38,528 nucleotides of DNA from an uncultured Prevotella sp. (GTDB lineage Bacteria > Bacteroidota > Bacteroidia > Bacteroidales > Bacteroidaceae), in assembly GCA_946055365.1 (NCBI GenBank), contig CAMGFM010000001.1:1-38528 (forward strand), given 5' to 3'. Position 1 is the first letter of the stretch. Each line of letters opens with the position of its first letter. Below are positions 29,371 through 38,528 of the stretch, one piece after another. The translations under genes were made by a program, and so were the position numbers. The notes under the pieces are model-generated. The model did not search any database and was not told where the DNA came from. It saw nothing but the letters and a program-made list of their open reading frames with translations.

Positions 29371-31581
29371 TCAGCGGCGCACACTCACTTCTATGTCCTT
29401 TACATAGGAACGTATGCTGCGGTCGGCGGCAACGACATCCACCACCATCCTATAGCGGCCCTCCTTGTCGGGCAGGCGACAGTCAAATGCCTGAAGTGGC
29501 GGCACCACTCCCATAGGCTGTATAGTCACTCCGTTTGACACGATAGAGCTGGCTTTGAACTGCGGCGCGAACTTTATCTCAAAGAAACCCTGTCCCGTGT
29601 CATACCACATGCAGCGCACGTCAAGCGGAGGTACAAGCTCTATACTCTCAATGCCAGTTGTCACCATGCCAAGTATGTCGCTGAGATCACGGTCAAACGC
29701 CATGCCATTCATGACTATGGCTATCTGACTCTTATTGTCACGATCACCAGGAATCCCAGGAGGCATCAAGCCTTGAAGTTTCTGACTCTTCCACATTATA
29801 TTATTGTCGTTGTCGGTGACAAGCACCTTGCCCGTGTAGAGTATGGCGTCCTTTACGGTGAAGATGCAGTGGTGATCATCTAAGAACTTACGGTCAAAAT
29901 AGCAGAAAGGGTCCCTAATCCTCGCCCAGTCGTATGACTGGGGGCGGCGTTTCCTCACCTGCACCTCCGCGAGGGTGTTTACCGTCTCCTCCATGGACGG
30001 GCTGTTAGGCACTATATCCTCGCCTCTCACCTCCCTCGCAAGCATCGGCAAGGCAGAGAAGCTCTGTATGGAGGGAAAATCAAGGTCGTCAAGGGTGTAG
30101 GAGTAGATGCTTGTCTTGCCTTTCTTGTTGTAGGCCTGCACATAGAGGCTTGTGCCGTCAAGAAAGTCGCCTGTCACGGCCTCAAAATGGCCCGTGCTGT
30201 CGGTATAGGCTATCGTGGCATCGTTGGTGAGCGTGTTGTATATCTGCACGCTGGCCCCGTCAAGTGGCTTACGACCATTTTTTACAGTGCCAGACACGCA
30301 CGGGGCTGCCTCAACGGGATAAGCGTAGGCTATGCTGTCGGCATTTAGCACCTCCCTGCCCACCATAGTCTGCGAGGCAGACAACAGCCACGTGTCTATG
30401 TCGCCGCGTGACTGTTCTGCGCCACTGTCCGTGACCGCGGAAAGCGGAAACGGCACGGGCGAGAACGCCTCGGAGCGATATTGCAACATCTCCATGGCAG
30501 TATGCACATTGCGGCTGCCCTCGGGCAGGAAGCGCACAAAGACACGCCCTGACGGCACGCTGTCATTGAGCGTCACGTGCAGAGCATCGCCCTGACAGCC
30601 CGTCGTGGATATGCTTATGCCGCCAGAGGAAGGGAGAGTGCCGCCGTCGCCAGTCCACAGCACACGCTGCGAAAGGACATTGCCGTCGCCGTCGACAAGC
30701 CACAGCGTGAGAAGGCCCGGGGTGCAGCCATCAACGTCTGCCATGCCAGCACCCTCGCGCATGGCAAGGGGCTTTATGCCGAAGCTGGAATGATACATAT
30801 AGACACGGCACGAGTCGGCACGGCCGCGCATGGACTCCCCGCAAAGCACACGGCACACCAGACGGCCGCGGTTTTGCGTGACACGGAGCGTGGGAGTGTC
30901 CATGGCTGCGGGCAGGACAAACTTGCGCATGCCTTCGCCGCCATTTACCACAAGCATACAGTCATCGCCGTCTGGCATGAACGACACTCTGGCGAGACCA
31001 GAGCCACTGGTCTTGCCGCTGCACACCACCTCGCCGTTGCTGCGCACAACGTCAAACTCAGCGGAGACGGGAGACAGCGTGGCGTTGCAGAGATACACGC
31101 CCATGGTCTGTAGCTCTCCCGACACAAAATGGCCGCCCTCGGGAAAGAACATGGCACTCACGCATGACGTGTCGCCGTCTGCCACGGGCCTGACACCCAC
31201 ATAGAGGGGTGTCATGGGATAGAAATCATTGCCGCGGTTGCGCATGAACTGGGTGTAGCCGCGCAGGTTGTAAACCCCTTGTGCCATCTCGCCGTCCAAA
31301 GGCATGGCCGCATAAAACGACCCGTCATTATTGCAGCGCACCTTGATGCGCCTGGCAAGAGCGTTATTGCGGTCGCTAAGCTCCACATACACATAGCGGC
31401 TGTAGGGATAGAAGTCGCCGTAGTCGGTGGATAGCACCTGCCCCATCAAACGCACGGTGTCGCTTGCATAAACCACATTATTGAGAGGAGCTACATACAC
31501 TCTCTCCGAAAGAAAATACTTGTCCTTGGCATGGGATGACAACGACAGCGCAAGGAAAAGGAATGTAATGAGTCGCTTCAT
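29371..31581 (-). CDS. Secreted hypothetical protein with MG2-like N-terminal domain, carboxypeptidase-regulatory-like domain and degenerate TonB-plug-like C-terminus
   Basis: Signal peptide; ERVYV...YVYVEL...YNLRGYTQFMRN; FFPEGG; VSGTVKN...TDSTGHF; LAEVQV; IESIELV. No beta-barrel or terminal Phe. Confidence 0.7.
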   Translation of the reverse strand: MKRLITFLFLALSLSSHAKDKYFLSERVYVAPLNNVVYASDTVRLMGQVLSTDYGDFYPYSRYVYVELSDRNNALARRIKVRCNNDGSFYAAMPLDGEMAQGVYNLRGYTQFMRNRGNDFYPMTPLYVGVRPVADGDTSCVSAMFFPEGGHFVSGELQTMGVYLCNATLSPVSAEFDVVRSNGEVVCSGKTSGSGLARVSFMPDGDDCMLVVNGGEGMRKFVLPAAMDTPTLRVTQNRGRLVCRVLCGESMRGRADSCRVYMYHSSFGIKPLAMREGAGMADVDGCTPGLLTLWLVDGDGNVLSQRVLWTGDGGTLPSSGGISISTTGCQGDALHVTLNDSVPSGRVFVRFLPEGSRNVHTAMEMLQYRSEAFSPVPFPLSAVTDSGAEQSRGDIDTWLLSASQTMVGREVLNADSIAYAYPVEAAPCVSGTVKNGRKPLDGASVQIYNTLTNDATIAYTDSTGHFEAVTGDFLDGTSLYVQAYNKKGKTSIYSYTLDDLDFPSIQSFSALPMLAREVRGEDIVPNSPSMEETVNTLAEVQVRKRRPQSYDWARIRDPFCYFDRKFLDDHHCIFTVKDAILYTGKVLVTDNDNNIMWKSQKLQGLMPPGIPGDRDNKSQIAIVMNGMAFDRDLSDILGMVTTGIESIELVPPLDVRCMWYDTGQGFFEIKFAPQFKASSIVSNGVTIQPMGVVPPLQAFDCRLPDKEGRYRMVVDVVAADRSIRSYVKDIEVSVRR

Positions 31582-31656
31582 CGGTTAAACTTTATTCTGA
31601 TAATGTATATATCGGCTACTGGCAGTAGCACAAATGTTTAATGGTTAATTACATTG

Positions 31657-31664
31657 CAAATATA
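31657..31664 (-). promoter_or_regulatory. -7 promoter element for the MG2-like gene
   Basis: TATATTTG followed by CA on - strand, about 75 bp before the start. Confidence 0.55.
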
Positions 31665-31775
31665 CACATTATGCAAGTACACGGTCTAATATGCCTGTTA
31701 AAAAACACAAACACCTCGCTTTTTTTGTCATAATGTACAACGACAGCCCAAGGAAACTTTCTCTCCAATAAAACC

Positions 31776-31942
31776 GAAAAGTCACTTTTGCCGTCGGAAA
31801 AAGCCTTGTTGCAAGAATAAAATGCCGCTACGCAAATATAAGATGCCACCTTGTAATGACAAAGTGCCGTTTTGAGCCTGTCAAAGTGCCTCTTCGCAAA
31901 CATCAAGTGGCACTTTAGCAGGCTCAAAACGGCACTTTGTCA
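31776..31942. repeat. Palindrome array 6: 4 good units forming a fold-back, preceded by 4 decayed in-phase units
   Basis: Good units at 31861, 31883, 31904, 31926; decayed units at about 31776, 31798, 31819, 31840; perfect 24-bp inverted arms at 31857-31880 and 31919-31942. Confidence 0.92.
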
Positions 31943-32076
31943 CACGAAAAGAGGATGTGCCAATGACGACACACCCTCCCTATCATTTTTTAGACTTCAT
32001 ATTTTTCGATATTCCACACCCCTGCCCCGTCGGCAGCAAGGACACCGCCGCCAGTGCAGAGGCCCAAAAGGCTTGC

Positions 32077-32829
32077 TTAGTCAGCGAGCTTTGCCTTGAT
32101 AAACTCGCGGTTGAGGCGAGCGATGTTGGCGATAGACTCGTTCTTGGGACACTCTGCCTCGCACGCACGTGTGTTGGTGCAGTTGCCAAAGCCCAGCTCC
32201 TCCATCTTTGCTATCATAGCCTTGGCACGCTTTGCGGCCTCGGGACGGCCCTGAGGCAGGAGTGCCAGCTGGCTAACCTTAGAGCTGACGAAGAGCATTG
32301 CAGAACCGTTCTTGCAGGCAGCCACGCAGCAACCGCAGCCGATGCATGTGGCACAGTCCATAGCCTCGTCGGCATCCTGCTTAGGTATGAGTATGGCATT
32401 GGCATCCTGAGCCTGGCCAGTGCGTATGGTGGTATATCCGCCAGCGGCAATAATCTTGTCAAAGGCAGAACGGTCTACCATACAGTCCTTGATGACGGGG
32501 AAGCCCGCACTGCGCCACGGCTCTACGGTGATGACATCGCCATCCTTGAAACGGCGCATGTAGAGCTGGCAGGTCGTGGCACCCGTTGCCGGGCCGTGGG
32601 GATGACCATTGATGTAGAGCGAGCACATGCCGCAGATGCCCTCGCGGCAGTCGTGGTCGAAGACAAACGGCTCCTTGCCCTCATTGATGAGCTGCTCGTT
32701 GAGCATGTCGAGCATTTCAAGGAAAGAAGTGTCATCAGGGATGTTCTTCATCTCACGTGTGTCGAAATGGCCCTTGCTCTGAGGTCCATCCTGTTTCCAA
32801 TATTTAAGTGTGAATGATATATTTGCCAT
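32077..32829 (-). CDS. frdB: Fumarate reductase/succinate dehydrogenase iron-sulfur subunit
   Basis: DCREGICGMC, CIGCGCCVAAC and CTNTRACEAECP cysteine motifs. Confidence 0.96.
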   Translation of the reverse strand: MANISFTLKYWKQDGPQSKGHFDTREMKNIPDDTSFLEMLDMLNEQLINEGKEPFVFDHDCREGICGMCSLYINGHPHGPATGATTCQLYMRRFKDGDVITVEPWRSAGFPVIKDCMVDRSAFDKIIAAGGYTTIRTGQAQDANAILIPKQDADEAMDCATCIGCGCCVAACKNGSAMLFVSSKVSQLALLPQGRPEAAKRAKAMIAKMEELGFGNCTNTRACEAECPKNESIANIARLNREFIKAKLAD

Positions 32830-32874
32830 TGTTACTTACTTTTAAAACGTTGATTATTGAATGAACTCAGAGTA

Positions 32875-34857
32875 TTAGTTCTTATAGTTACGTGTCTGTA
32901 CCTTGATGATCTCATACTCGAGCGGCTCCTTGTTGAGTGCGGGTGCCTTGTCGTCGCTGCCCTGATACTCCCATGCGCCTACATAGAAGAAGTTTGCGTC
33001 GTCGCGCTTGGCCTCTCCCTCCTCTGTCTGGTGCTCCTCACGGAAGTGACCGCCGCAAGACTCCTCGCGATGGAGGGCATCGTTGGCGATAAGCTCGCCC
33101 ATAAGGATGAAGTCACGCAGGTGTATGGCCTTGTCAAGCTCAATGTTGAGACCCTCCTTTGCGCCCGGCACGAAGAGGTTAGTGTCAAATTCCTTGCGTA
33201 TGTTCTTCAACAGCTTGAGACCTTCCTCAAGTCCTTTCTTGGTGCGGCCCATTCCCACATGCTCCCACATGATGTGGCCAAGCTCTTTGTGGATAGAGTC
33301 GACAGAACGCTTGCCCTTGATGTTGAGCAGACGCGTGAGCTCTGCGTCAACAGCCTTCTCGGCAGCCTCAAACTCGGGCATGTCGGTGGAGAGACGCGGC
33401 CAGATAGTCTGGTCGGCAAGGTAGTTCTGTATGGTGTAAGGCAGCACGAAATAGCCGTCGGCGAGACCCTGCATGAGCGCGGACGCACCGAGACGGTTGG
33501 CACCGTGGTCGGAGAAGTTGCACTCGCCTATTGCGAAGAGTCCAGGGATGGTTGTCTGCAACTCATAGTCTACCCAGATGCCGCCCATGGTGTAGTGGAT
33601 GGCGGGGAAGATCATCATCGGCTTGTAGTAGTCGAAGCCTCCCTCAGAGCGAACAAACTCTCCGGGGTTGACATCAGTGATTTCCTCATACATGTCGAAG
33701 AGGTTGCCATAGCGTGCGCGTATCTCTGCTATGCCGAGACGCTGTATTGACTCGGAGAAATCGAGGAACACGGCGAGACCGGTGTTGTTCACGCCGAAGC
33801 CCTTGTCGCAACGCTCCTTGGCTGCACGAGAGGCAACGTCACGGGGAACGAGGTTGCCAAATGCGGGATAGCGACGCTCGAGATAGTAGTCGCGGTCCTG
33901 CTCGGGTATGTCCCAACCCTGCTTTGTGCCGGCCTGCAGAGCCTTGGCATCTTCAATCTTTTTCGGCACCCAGATGCGGCCGTCGTTGCGGAGAGACTCC
34001 GACATGAGGGTGAGCTTTGACTGCTTGTCGCCGTGCACGGGGATACATGTCGGGTGTATCTGCACATAAGAGGGGTTGGCAAACATGGCTCCCTTGCGGT
34101 AGCACTGTATTGCAGCCGTACAGTTGCAGCCCATGGCGTTGGTAGAAAGGAAGTATGTGTTGCCATAACCGCCAGTAGCTATTACCACGGCGTTTGCAGA
34201 GAAACGCTCGAGCTTGCCTGTCACGAGGTTCTTGGCAATGATGCCGCGTGCGCGGCCGTCTACAAGCACCACATCCTCCATCTCATAGCGTGTGTAGAGC
34301 CTCACCTTGCCTGCATTGACCTGACACATGAGCGAAGAGTAGGCTCCGAGCAGGAGCTGCTGGCCAGTCTGTCCCTTTGCATAGAAAGTACGCGACACCT
34401 GCGCGCCACCAAAAGAACGGTTGGCGAGCATTCCGCCATACTCACGTGCGAAAGGCACGCCCTGAGCTACGCACTGGTCGATGATATTGTTTGACACCTC
34501 AGCCAGACGATAGACATTGGCCTCACGTGCGCGGTAGTCGCCGCCCTTCACGGTGTCATAGAAGAGACGGTAAACGGAGTCGCCGTCGTTCTGATAGTTC
34601 TTGGCAGCGTTGATACCGCCCTGTGCGGCGATGGAGTGTGCGCGACGCGGAGAGTCCTGTATGCAGAAGTTGTAAACGTTGAAGCCCATCTCGCCAAGTG
34701 AAGAGGCGGCAGACGCGCCTGCAAGGCCGGTACCTACGACAATAACGTCGAGCTTGAGCTTGTTCTTTGGGTTCACCAGACGCTGGTGAGCTTTATAGTT
34801 GGTCCACTTCTCAGCCACTGGGCCTTCGGGTATTCTTGAATTTAATGTCTTAGCCAT
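32875..34857 (-). CDS. frdA: Fumarate reductase/succinate dehydrogenase flavoprotein subunit
   Basis: [11 protein letters not shown]-binding motif, [10 protein letters not shown] covalent-FAD His, [30 protein letters not shown]. Confidence 0.97.
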   Translation of the reverse strand: MAKTLNSRIPEGPVAEKWTNYKAHQRLVNPKNKLKLDVIVVGTGLAGASAASSLGEMGFNVYNFCIQDSPRRAHSIAAQGGINAAKNYQNDGDSVYRLFYDTVKGGDYRAREANVYRLAEVSNNIIDQCVAQGVPFAREYGGMLANRSFGGAQVSRTFYAKGQTGQQLLLGAYSSLMCQVNAGKVRLYTRYEMEDVVLVDGRARGIIAKNLVTGKLERFSANAVVIATGGYGNTYFLSTNAMGCNCTAAIQCYRKGAMFANPSYVQIHPTCIPVHGDKQSKLTLMSESLRNDGRIWVPKKIEDAKALQAGTKQGWDIPEQDRDYYLERRYPAFGNLVPRDVASRAAKERCDKGFGVNNTGLAVFLDFSESIQRLGIAEIRARYGNLFDMYEEITDVNPGEFVRSEGGFDYYKPMMIFPAIHYTMGGIWVDYELQTTIPGLFAIGECNFSDHGANRLGASALMQGLADGYFVLPYTIQNYLADQTIWPRLSTDMPEFEAAEKAVDAELTRLLNIKGKRSVDSIHKELGHIMWEHVGMGRTKKGLEEGLKLLKNIRKEFDTNLFVPGAKEGLNIELDKAIHLRDFILMGELIANDALHREESCGGHFREEHQTEEGEAKRDDANFFYVGAWEYQGSDDKAPALNKEPLEYEIIKVQTRNYKN

Positions 34858-35032
34858 AATTTTGTTTTAGACTTATGATTCTGTTATTATGTTTTATATA
34901 ACTTGAGCAGACGTGCCTTGGCTATCTGCATGTATGAATGTGCATGTCTTTATATGTGATGGCTCGCGCTTCTGTCAGCCGCCCATTGCCTTTACATATA
35001 TAAAGATAGCTCTTGCCGCCGCTCACCTACCT

Positions 35033-35725
35033 TTAACAGCAGCTGCCGCAGCACAGGCTGGGAGCGCAACCGAAAGCAAATGCGAGGACTACAACGAGGA
35101 AGCCGAGCATGAGAACCGTAGAATAGACGAGTCCGATGGTCTTCCAACGCTCAAACCATGTCTTGCCGTTCCATCCGAGTGTGTGCATGGCACTCCAGAA
35201 GCCGTGAGAGAGGTGGAACCACAGAGCCACGAGCCACACGATGTAAAGCACTACAAACACGGGGTTGGAGAATGTCTCCTTGATGTAGGCAAAGCCGTCT
35301 GCCGGGTGGAACTGTGTCTCAAAGCCAACGAGCTCTGCAAACATCATGTTGTACCAGAAGTTCCAGAAGTGCAGCACAAGACCGAGAAGCACGATAATGC
35401 CAAGCACAAGCATGTTCTGTGAAGCCCACTCCACCTTTTCAGGCTTTGCGGTAACCTCATAACGCTCCGTACCGCGTGCGGCACGGTTCTGCATAGTAAG
35501 CCAGAAGGCATAGACAATGTGCAGCAACGCCAAAGCGGCGAGACCCATTGTTGCAACTACAGCATACCAGTTGGCGCCGAGGAACTCACAAATCATGTTG
35601 TAGCCTTCTCCTGAGAAGAGCGCAACAATGTTCATTGACATGTGGAATGTCAGGAATAGAATAAGCGCGATGCCCGTGAGAGACATCACAACCTTTCTAC
35701 CGATGGATGAATTGATTAACCACAT
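35033..35725 (-). CDS. frdC: Fumarate reductase/succinate dehydrogenase cytochrome b subunit
   Basis: SSIGRKVVMSLTG, about five TM segments with heme-ligand His residues, HLSHGFWSA; first gene of the CAB operon. Confidence 0.95.
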   Translation of the reverse strand: MWLINSSIGRKVVMSLTGIALILFLTFHMSMNIVALFSGEGYNMICEFLGANWYAVVATMGLAALALLHIVYAFWLTMQNRAARGTERYEVTAKPEKVEWASQNMLVLGIIVLLGLVLHFWNFWYNMMFAELVGFETQFHPADGFAYIKETFSNPVFVVLYIVWLVALWFHLSHGFWSAMHTLGWNGKTWFERWKTIGLVYSTVLMLGFLVVVLAFAFGCAPSLCCGSCC

Positions 35726-35880
35726 AAATGATAGAAATTTTTAAAATTACTGAATGTTAGATAATGATTTTGATTTTTTGATTGTCACAGTCATAGCATC
35801 CCGTCTGGATTGCGGTCAAGCGGGGCGCACTTGGCCGCGGAGGGCATGTCACAAAGGGCATACGCCTTTTCAGGTTTTCT

Positions 35881-35959
35881 CAAGTGCCGCTTTAGGCATC
35901 AAAAAGTGCCACTTTTGGGCATCCAAAGAGCCTCTTTTCTAACGCTAAAGTGCCACTTT
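35881..35959. repeat. Palindrome array 7 (4 units, 22-bp period)
   Basis: CAAGTGCCGCTTT@35881, AAAGTGCCACTTT@35903, AAAGAGCCTCTTT@35925, AAAGTGCCACTTT@35947. Confidence 0.95.
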
Positions 35960-36038
35960 CGCACTGTGCGTTGTCAAGTCCCTGACGTGAAGATGGCATT
36001 TGGCCGTTATGACACACACTCCCCCTCCATACAGTCTG

Positions 36039-36069
36039 CAAAAATACTTATTTTTAATGACAATTCAAA
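36039..36069 (-). promoter_or_regulatory. Full sigma-A promoter for frdCAB
   Basis: On - strand TTTG(36069-36066)-N19-TATTTTTG(36046-36039). Confidence 0.72.
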
Positions 36070-36228
36070 TTATTTTGAGCGCAAAAATCATTTTTTATTC
36101 TTAATTTTGCGAAGAATTATTTTTTACCTCTGCGCGCCGTGGCCGCAAAGCAGGCTCGGCAGACGTGGTAAAGGCTTTATAATTGTAGTATATTATATTA
36201 TTGTAACAGGCATAATCACAGCAAAAGG

Positions 36229-38100
36229 ATGGACATGTATTATGATGTACTCGTGGTGGGCGGAGGCCACGCGGGGTGCGAGGCGGCAACAGCAGCCGCA
36301 AACATGGGGGCAAAGACCTGTCTCGTGACAATGGACATGAACAAGGTGGGACAGATGAGCTGCAACCCTGCCGTGGGAGGCATAGCCAAGGGACAGATAG
36401 TGCGCGAGATAGACGCGCTGGGAGGCCACATGGGCATGGTGACAGACGCCACATCCATACAGTTCAGGATGCTCAACCGCGGCAAAGGGCCCGCGGTGTG
36501 GAGCCCGAGGGCGCAATGCGACCGCAGCAGATACATCACCGAGTGGCGCAACACCCTCGACCGCACCGACAACCTCGACATCTGGCAGGACGAGGTGTGC
36601 GAGATAACAACGTCTCACGGCACCGTCACGGGAGCAAGGACAGTGTGGGGCGTGGAGATGCACGCAAGGTGCGTGGTGATAACGGCAGGCACGTTCCTTA
36701 ACGGACTCATGCACGTGGGGCAACGCATGGTGCCGGGCGGACGATGCGCCGAGCCTGCCGTGAGGGGACTCACCGAGAGCATCACGCGGCACGGCATAAG
36801 GGCCATGCGCATGAAGACTGGCACCCCAGTGCGCATAGACCGACGCAGCGTACACTTCGAGGACATGGAGGAGCAGCCGGGCGAACACGATTTTCACAGC
36901 TTCTCCTACATGCCAAGCCAAAGACACCTGCGGCAACTGCCCTGCTGGACATGCAGCACCAACAAGGCGGCACACGACACGCTGAGGTCGGCCATCAGCC
37001 AGTCGCCTCTCTACAACGGACAGATACAAAGCACGGGCCCGCGCTACTGCCCCTCCATAGAGACAAAGCTCGTGACCTTTGCCGACCGCGACCAGCATCC
37101 TCTGTTTCTCGAGCCAGAAGGCGAGGACACAAACGAGATGTACCTTAACGGCTTCTCGTCGTCCATGCCGATGGAGGTGCAGCTTGAGGCACTGAGACAG
37201 ATACCGGCGTTTCGCGACGTCAAGGTCTACCGGCCTGGCTATGCCATAGAATATGACTATTTTGACCCCACACAGCTCAAGCCCTCTCTTGAGTCAAAGC
37301 TGATAGGGGGTCTGTTTCTCGCAGGGCAGGTGAACGGCACCACGGGATATGAGGAAGCGGGCGGACAGGGCCTCGTGGCAGGCATAAACGCGGCGTTGCT
37401 GTGCAGCGGCAGCAAGCCTTTCGTGATGAAACGCGACGAGAGCTACATCGGAGTGCTCATAGACGACCTCACGACAAAGGGCGTGGACGAGCCATACCGC
37501 ATGTTCACCTCAAGGGCAGAATACAGAATATTGCTGAGACAGGACAATGCCGACGCAAGACTCACGCCCATGGCCTATGATCTTGGCATCGCCAAAAGGG
37601 ACAGGCTCGACTTCTGGCTGAAGAAGCAAAGGCACAGAGACAGAATCATCGATTTTTGCAACAGCACATCGGTAAAGCCGAGAGACATAAACGCGGCTCT
37701 CGAGAGGTTTGGCACCACTCCAATGAGATTTGGATGCACCATAGCCGAACTCATCGCGCGCCCGCAACTCAGCATCGTGCAGCTGGCAGAGGCCATACCG
37801 CAACTCAAGGAGGCCATAGACTGTGACGACGCGAGAAAAGAGGAGATCGTGGAGTCTGCGGAGATACTCATCAAATATAAAGGATATATTGAGCGCGAGA
37901 AAATCATCGCCGACAAGATGCACAGGCTCGAGGACATCAAGATAAAGGGACACTTCAATTATGGCGAACTCAAGGAGATTTCTACCGAAGGCCGCCAGAA
38001 GCTGACCGCCATCGACCCCGAAACTCTCGGACAGGCATCGCGCATCCCTGGCGTGTCGCCAAGCGACATCAACGTGCTGCTCGTGCTGATGCACAGATGA
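36229..38100 (+). CDS. mnmG: tRNA uridine-5-carboxymethylaminomethyl modification enzyme MnmG (GidA)
   Basis: GGGHAGCEAA, MSCNPAVGG, KTGTP, GPRYCPSIE, GYAIEYD, GQVNGTTGYEEA, EPYRMFTSRAEYR. Confidence 0.98.
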   Translation: MDMYYDVLVVGGGHAGCEAATAAANMGAKTCLVTMDMNKVGQMSCNPAVGGIAKGQIVREIDALGGHMGMVTDATSIQFRMLNRGKGPAVWSPRAQCDRSRYITEWRNTLDRTDNLDIWQDEVCEITTSHGTVTGARTVWGVEMHARCVVITAGTFLNGLMHVGQRMVPGGRCAEPAVRGLTESITRHGIRAMRMKTGTPVRIDRRSVHFEDMEEQPGEHDFHSFSYMPSQRHLRQLPCWTCSTNKAAHDTLRSAISQSPLYNGQIQSTGPRYCPSIETKLVTFADRDQHPLFLEPEGEDTNEMYLNGFSSSMPMEVQLEALRQIPAFRDVKVYRPGYAIEYDYFDPTQLKPSLESKLIGGLFLAGQVNGTTGYEEAGGQGLVAGINAALLCSGSKPFVMKRDESYIGVLIDDLTTKGVDEPYRMFTSRAEYRILLRQDNADARLTPMAYDLGIAKRDRLDFWLKKQRHRDRIIDFCNSTSVKPRDINAALERFGTTPMRFGCTIAELIARPQLSIVQLAEAIPQLKEAIDCDDARKEEIVESAEILIKYKGYIEREKIIADKMHRLEDIKIKGHFNYGELKEISTEGRQKLTAIDPETLGQASRIPGVSPSDINVLLVLMHR

Positions 38101-38231
38101 CAAGCAGCCACGGCAACACGACTGCCGACAAGAGCCGTCTCACACGACAGTGGCTGCCGACGACAACGCCTGCACACACATTGCGCCATTCTATTTACAC
38201 CAAAAACATATCACTTATTTATATCTGCAAA

Positions 38232-38528
38232 ATGGACAAGAATTTATTGCTTGAAAACCTGCGGTCAATACCCGACTGGCCGAAGCCGGGCATCAACTTC
38301 CGCGACGTGACATCGCTTTTCGAGAAACCCGAATGTCTGAAGGAGATGTGCGACGGCATCTGCGAGCTTTACAAAGACAAGCACATCACCAAGGTAGTGG
38401 GCGTGGAGTCGAGAGGATTTGTGCTTACGTCTGCCGTCGCGCTCAAGCTCGGCGCAGGCGTAGTGCTGTGCCGCAAGCCCGGCAAGCTGCCGGGCGACAC
38501 CGTGAGCGAGAGATATGCCAAGGAATAT
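38232..38528 (+). CDS. apt: Adenine phosphoribosyltransferase, truncated by the window edge
   Basis: Manual translation: MDKNLLLENLRSIPDWPKPGINFRDVTSLF...GVESRGF...RKPGKLPG...YAKEY. Confidence 0.95.
   Translation, partial: MDKNLLLENLRSIPDWPKPGINFRDVTSLFEKPECLKEMCDGICELYKDKHITKVVGVESRGFVLTSAVALKLGAGVVLCRKPGKLPGDTVSERYAKEY

Noticed and set aside
31857-31942. Integron attC site or IS terminal repeats
   Set aside because: No RYYYAAC/GTTRRRY ends, no integrase or transposase, and no clear target-site duplication.
34858-35032. Possible hairpin between frdC and frdA (CTTTATATGTG...CATATATAAAG)
   Set aside because: AT-rich and imperfect; too weak to call a terminator or processing site.
36047-36228. 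oriC upstream of mnmG
   Set aside because: The stretch is AT-rich but I found no TTATCCACA-type DnaA boxes; divergent promoters explain it.

Overview
This 38.5 kb window is mostly housekeeping chromosome from a Bacteroidota organism. Prevotella-like is my inference, from TAnnTTTG promoters, an S46 peptidase, a T9SS-type C-terminus and Bacteroides-type frd/sdhCAB. I support 23 complete CDS and two edge-truncated CDS. In order: a possible restriction-type nuclease N-terminus (partial), a Dam-family methyltransferase, a short RNase HI, an AspT/YidE transporter, a DPP7-like S46 peptidase, a flippase, SpmA/B, coaD, ybeY, an M16 peptidase, a GH2 beta-galactosidase, ruvB, an S41 peptidase, parE, a GNAT, a T9SS cargo-like protein, a THUMP-like methyltransferase, ptb-buk, an MG2/plug-like protein, frd/sdhCAB, mnmG and apt (partial). 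I saw no tRNA, rRNA, transposase or CRISPR. The most striking unexplained structure is non-coding: seven intergenic arrays, one every ~3-7 kb, of a 13-bp 6-1-6 palindrome (consensus AAAGTG[G/C]CACTTT) repeated with a 21-22 bp period, about two helical turns, with 8-9 bp spacers. In several arrays neighbouring units are exact reverse complements that share their deviations from consensus. One array is a near-pure tandem repeat, one is an 86-bp fold-back, and one sits in a segment bounded by a 9-bp direct repeat. All coordinates were read by eye and no database search was run.
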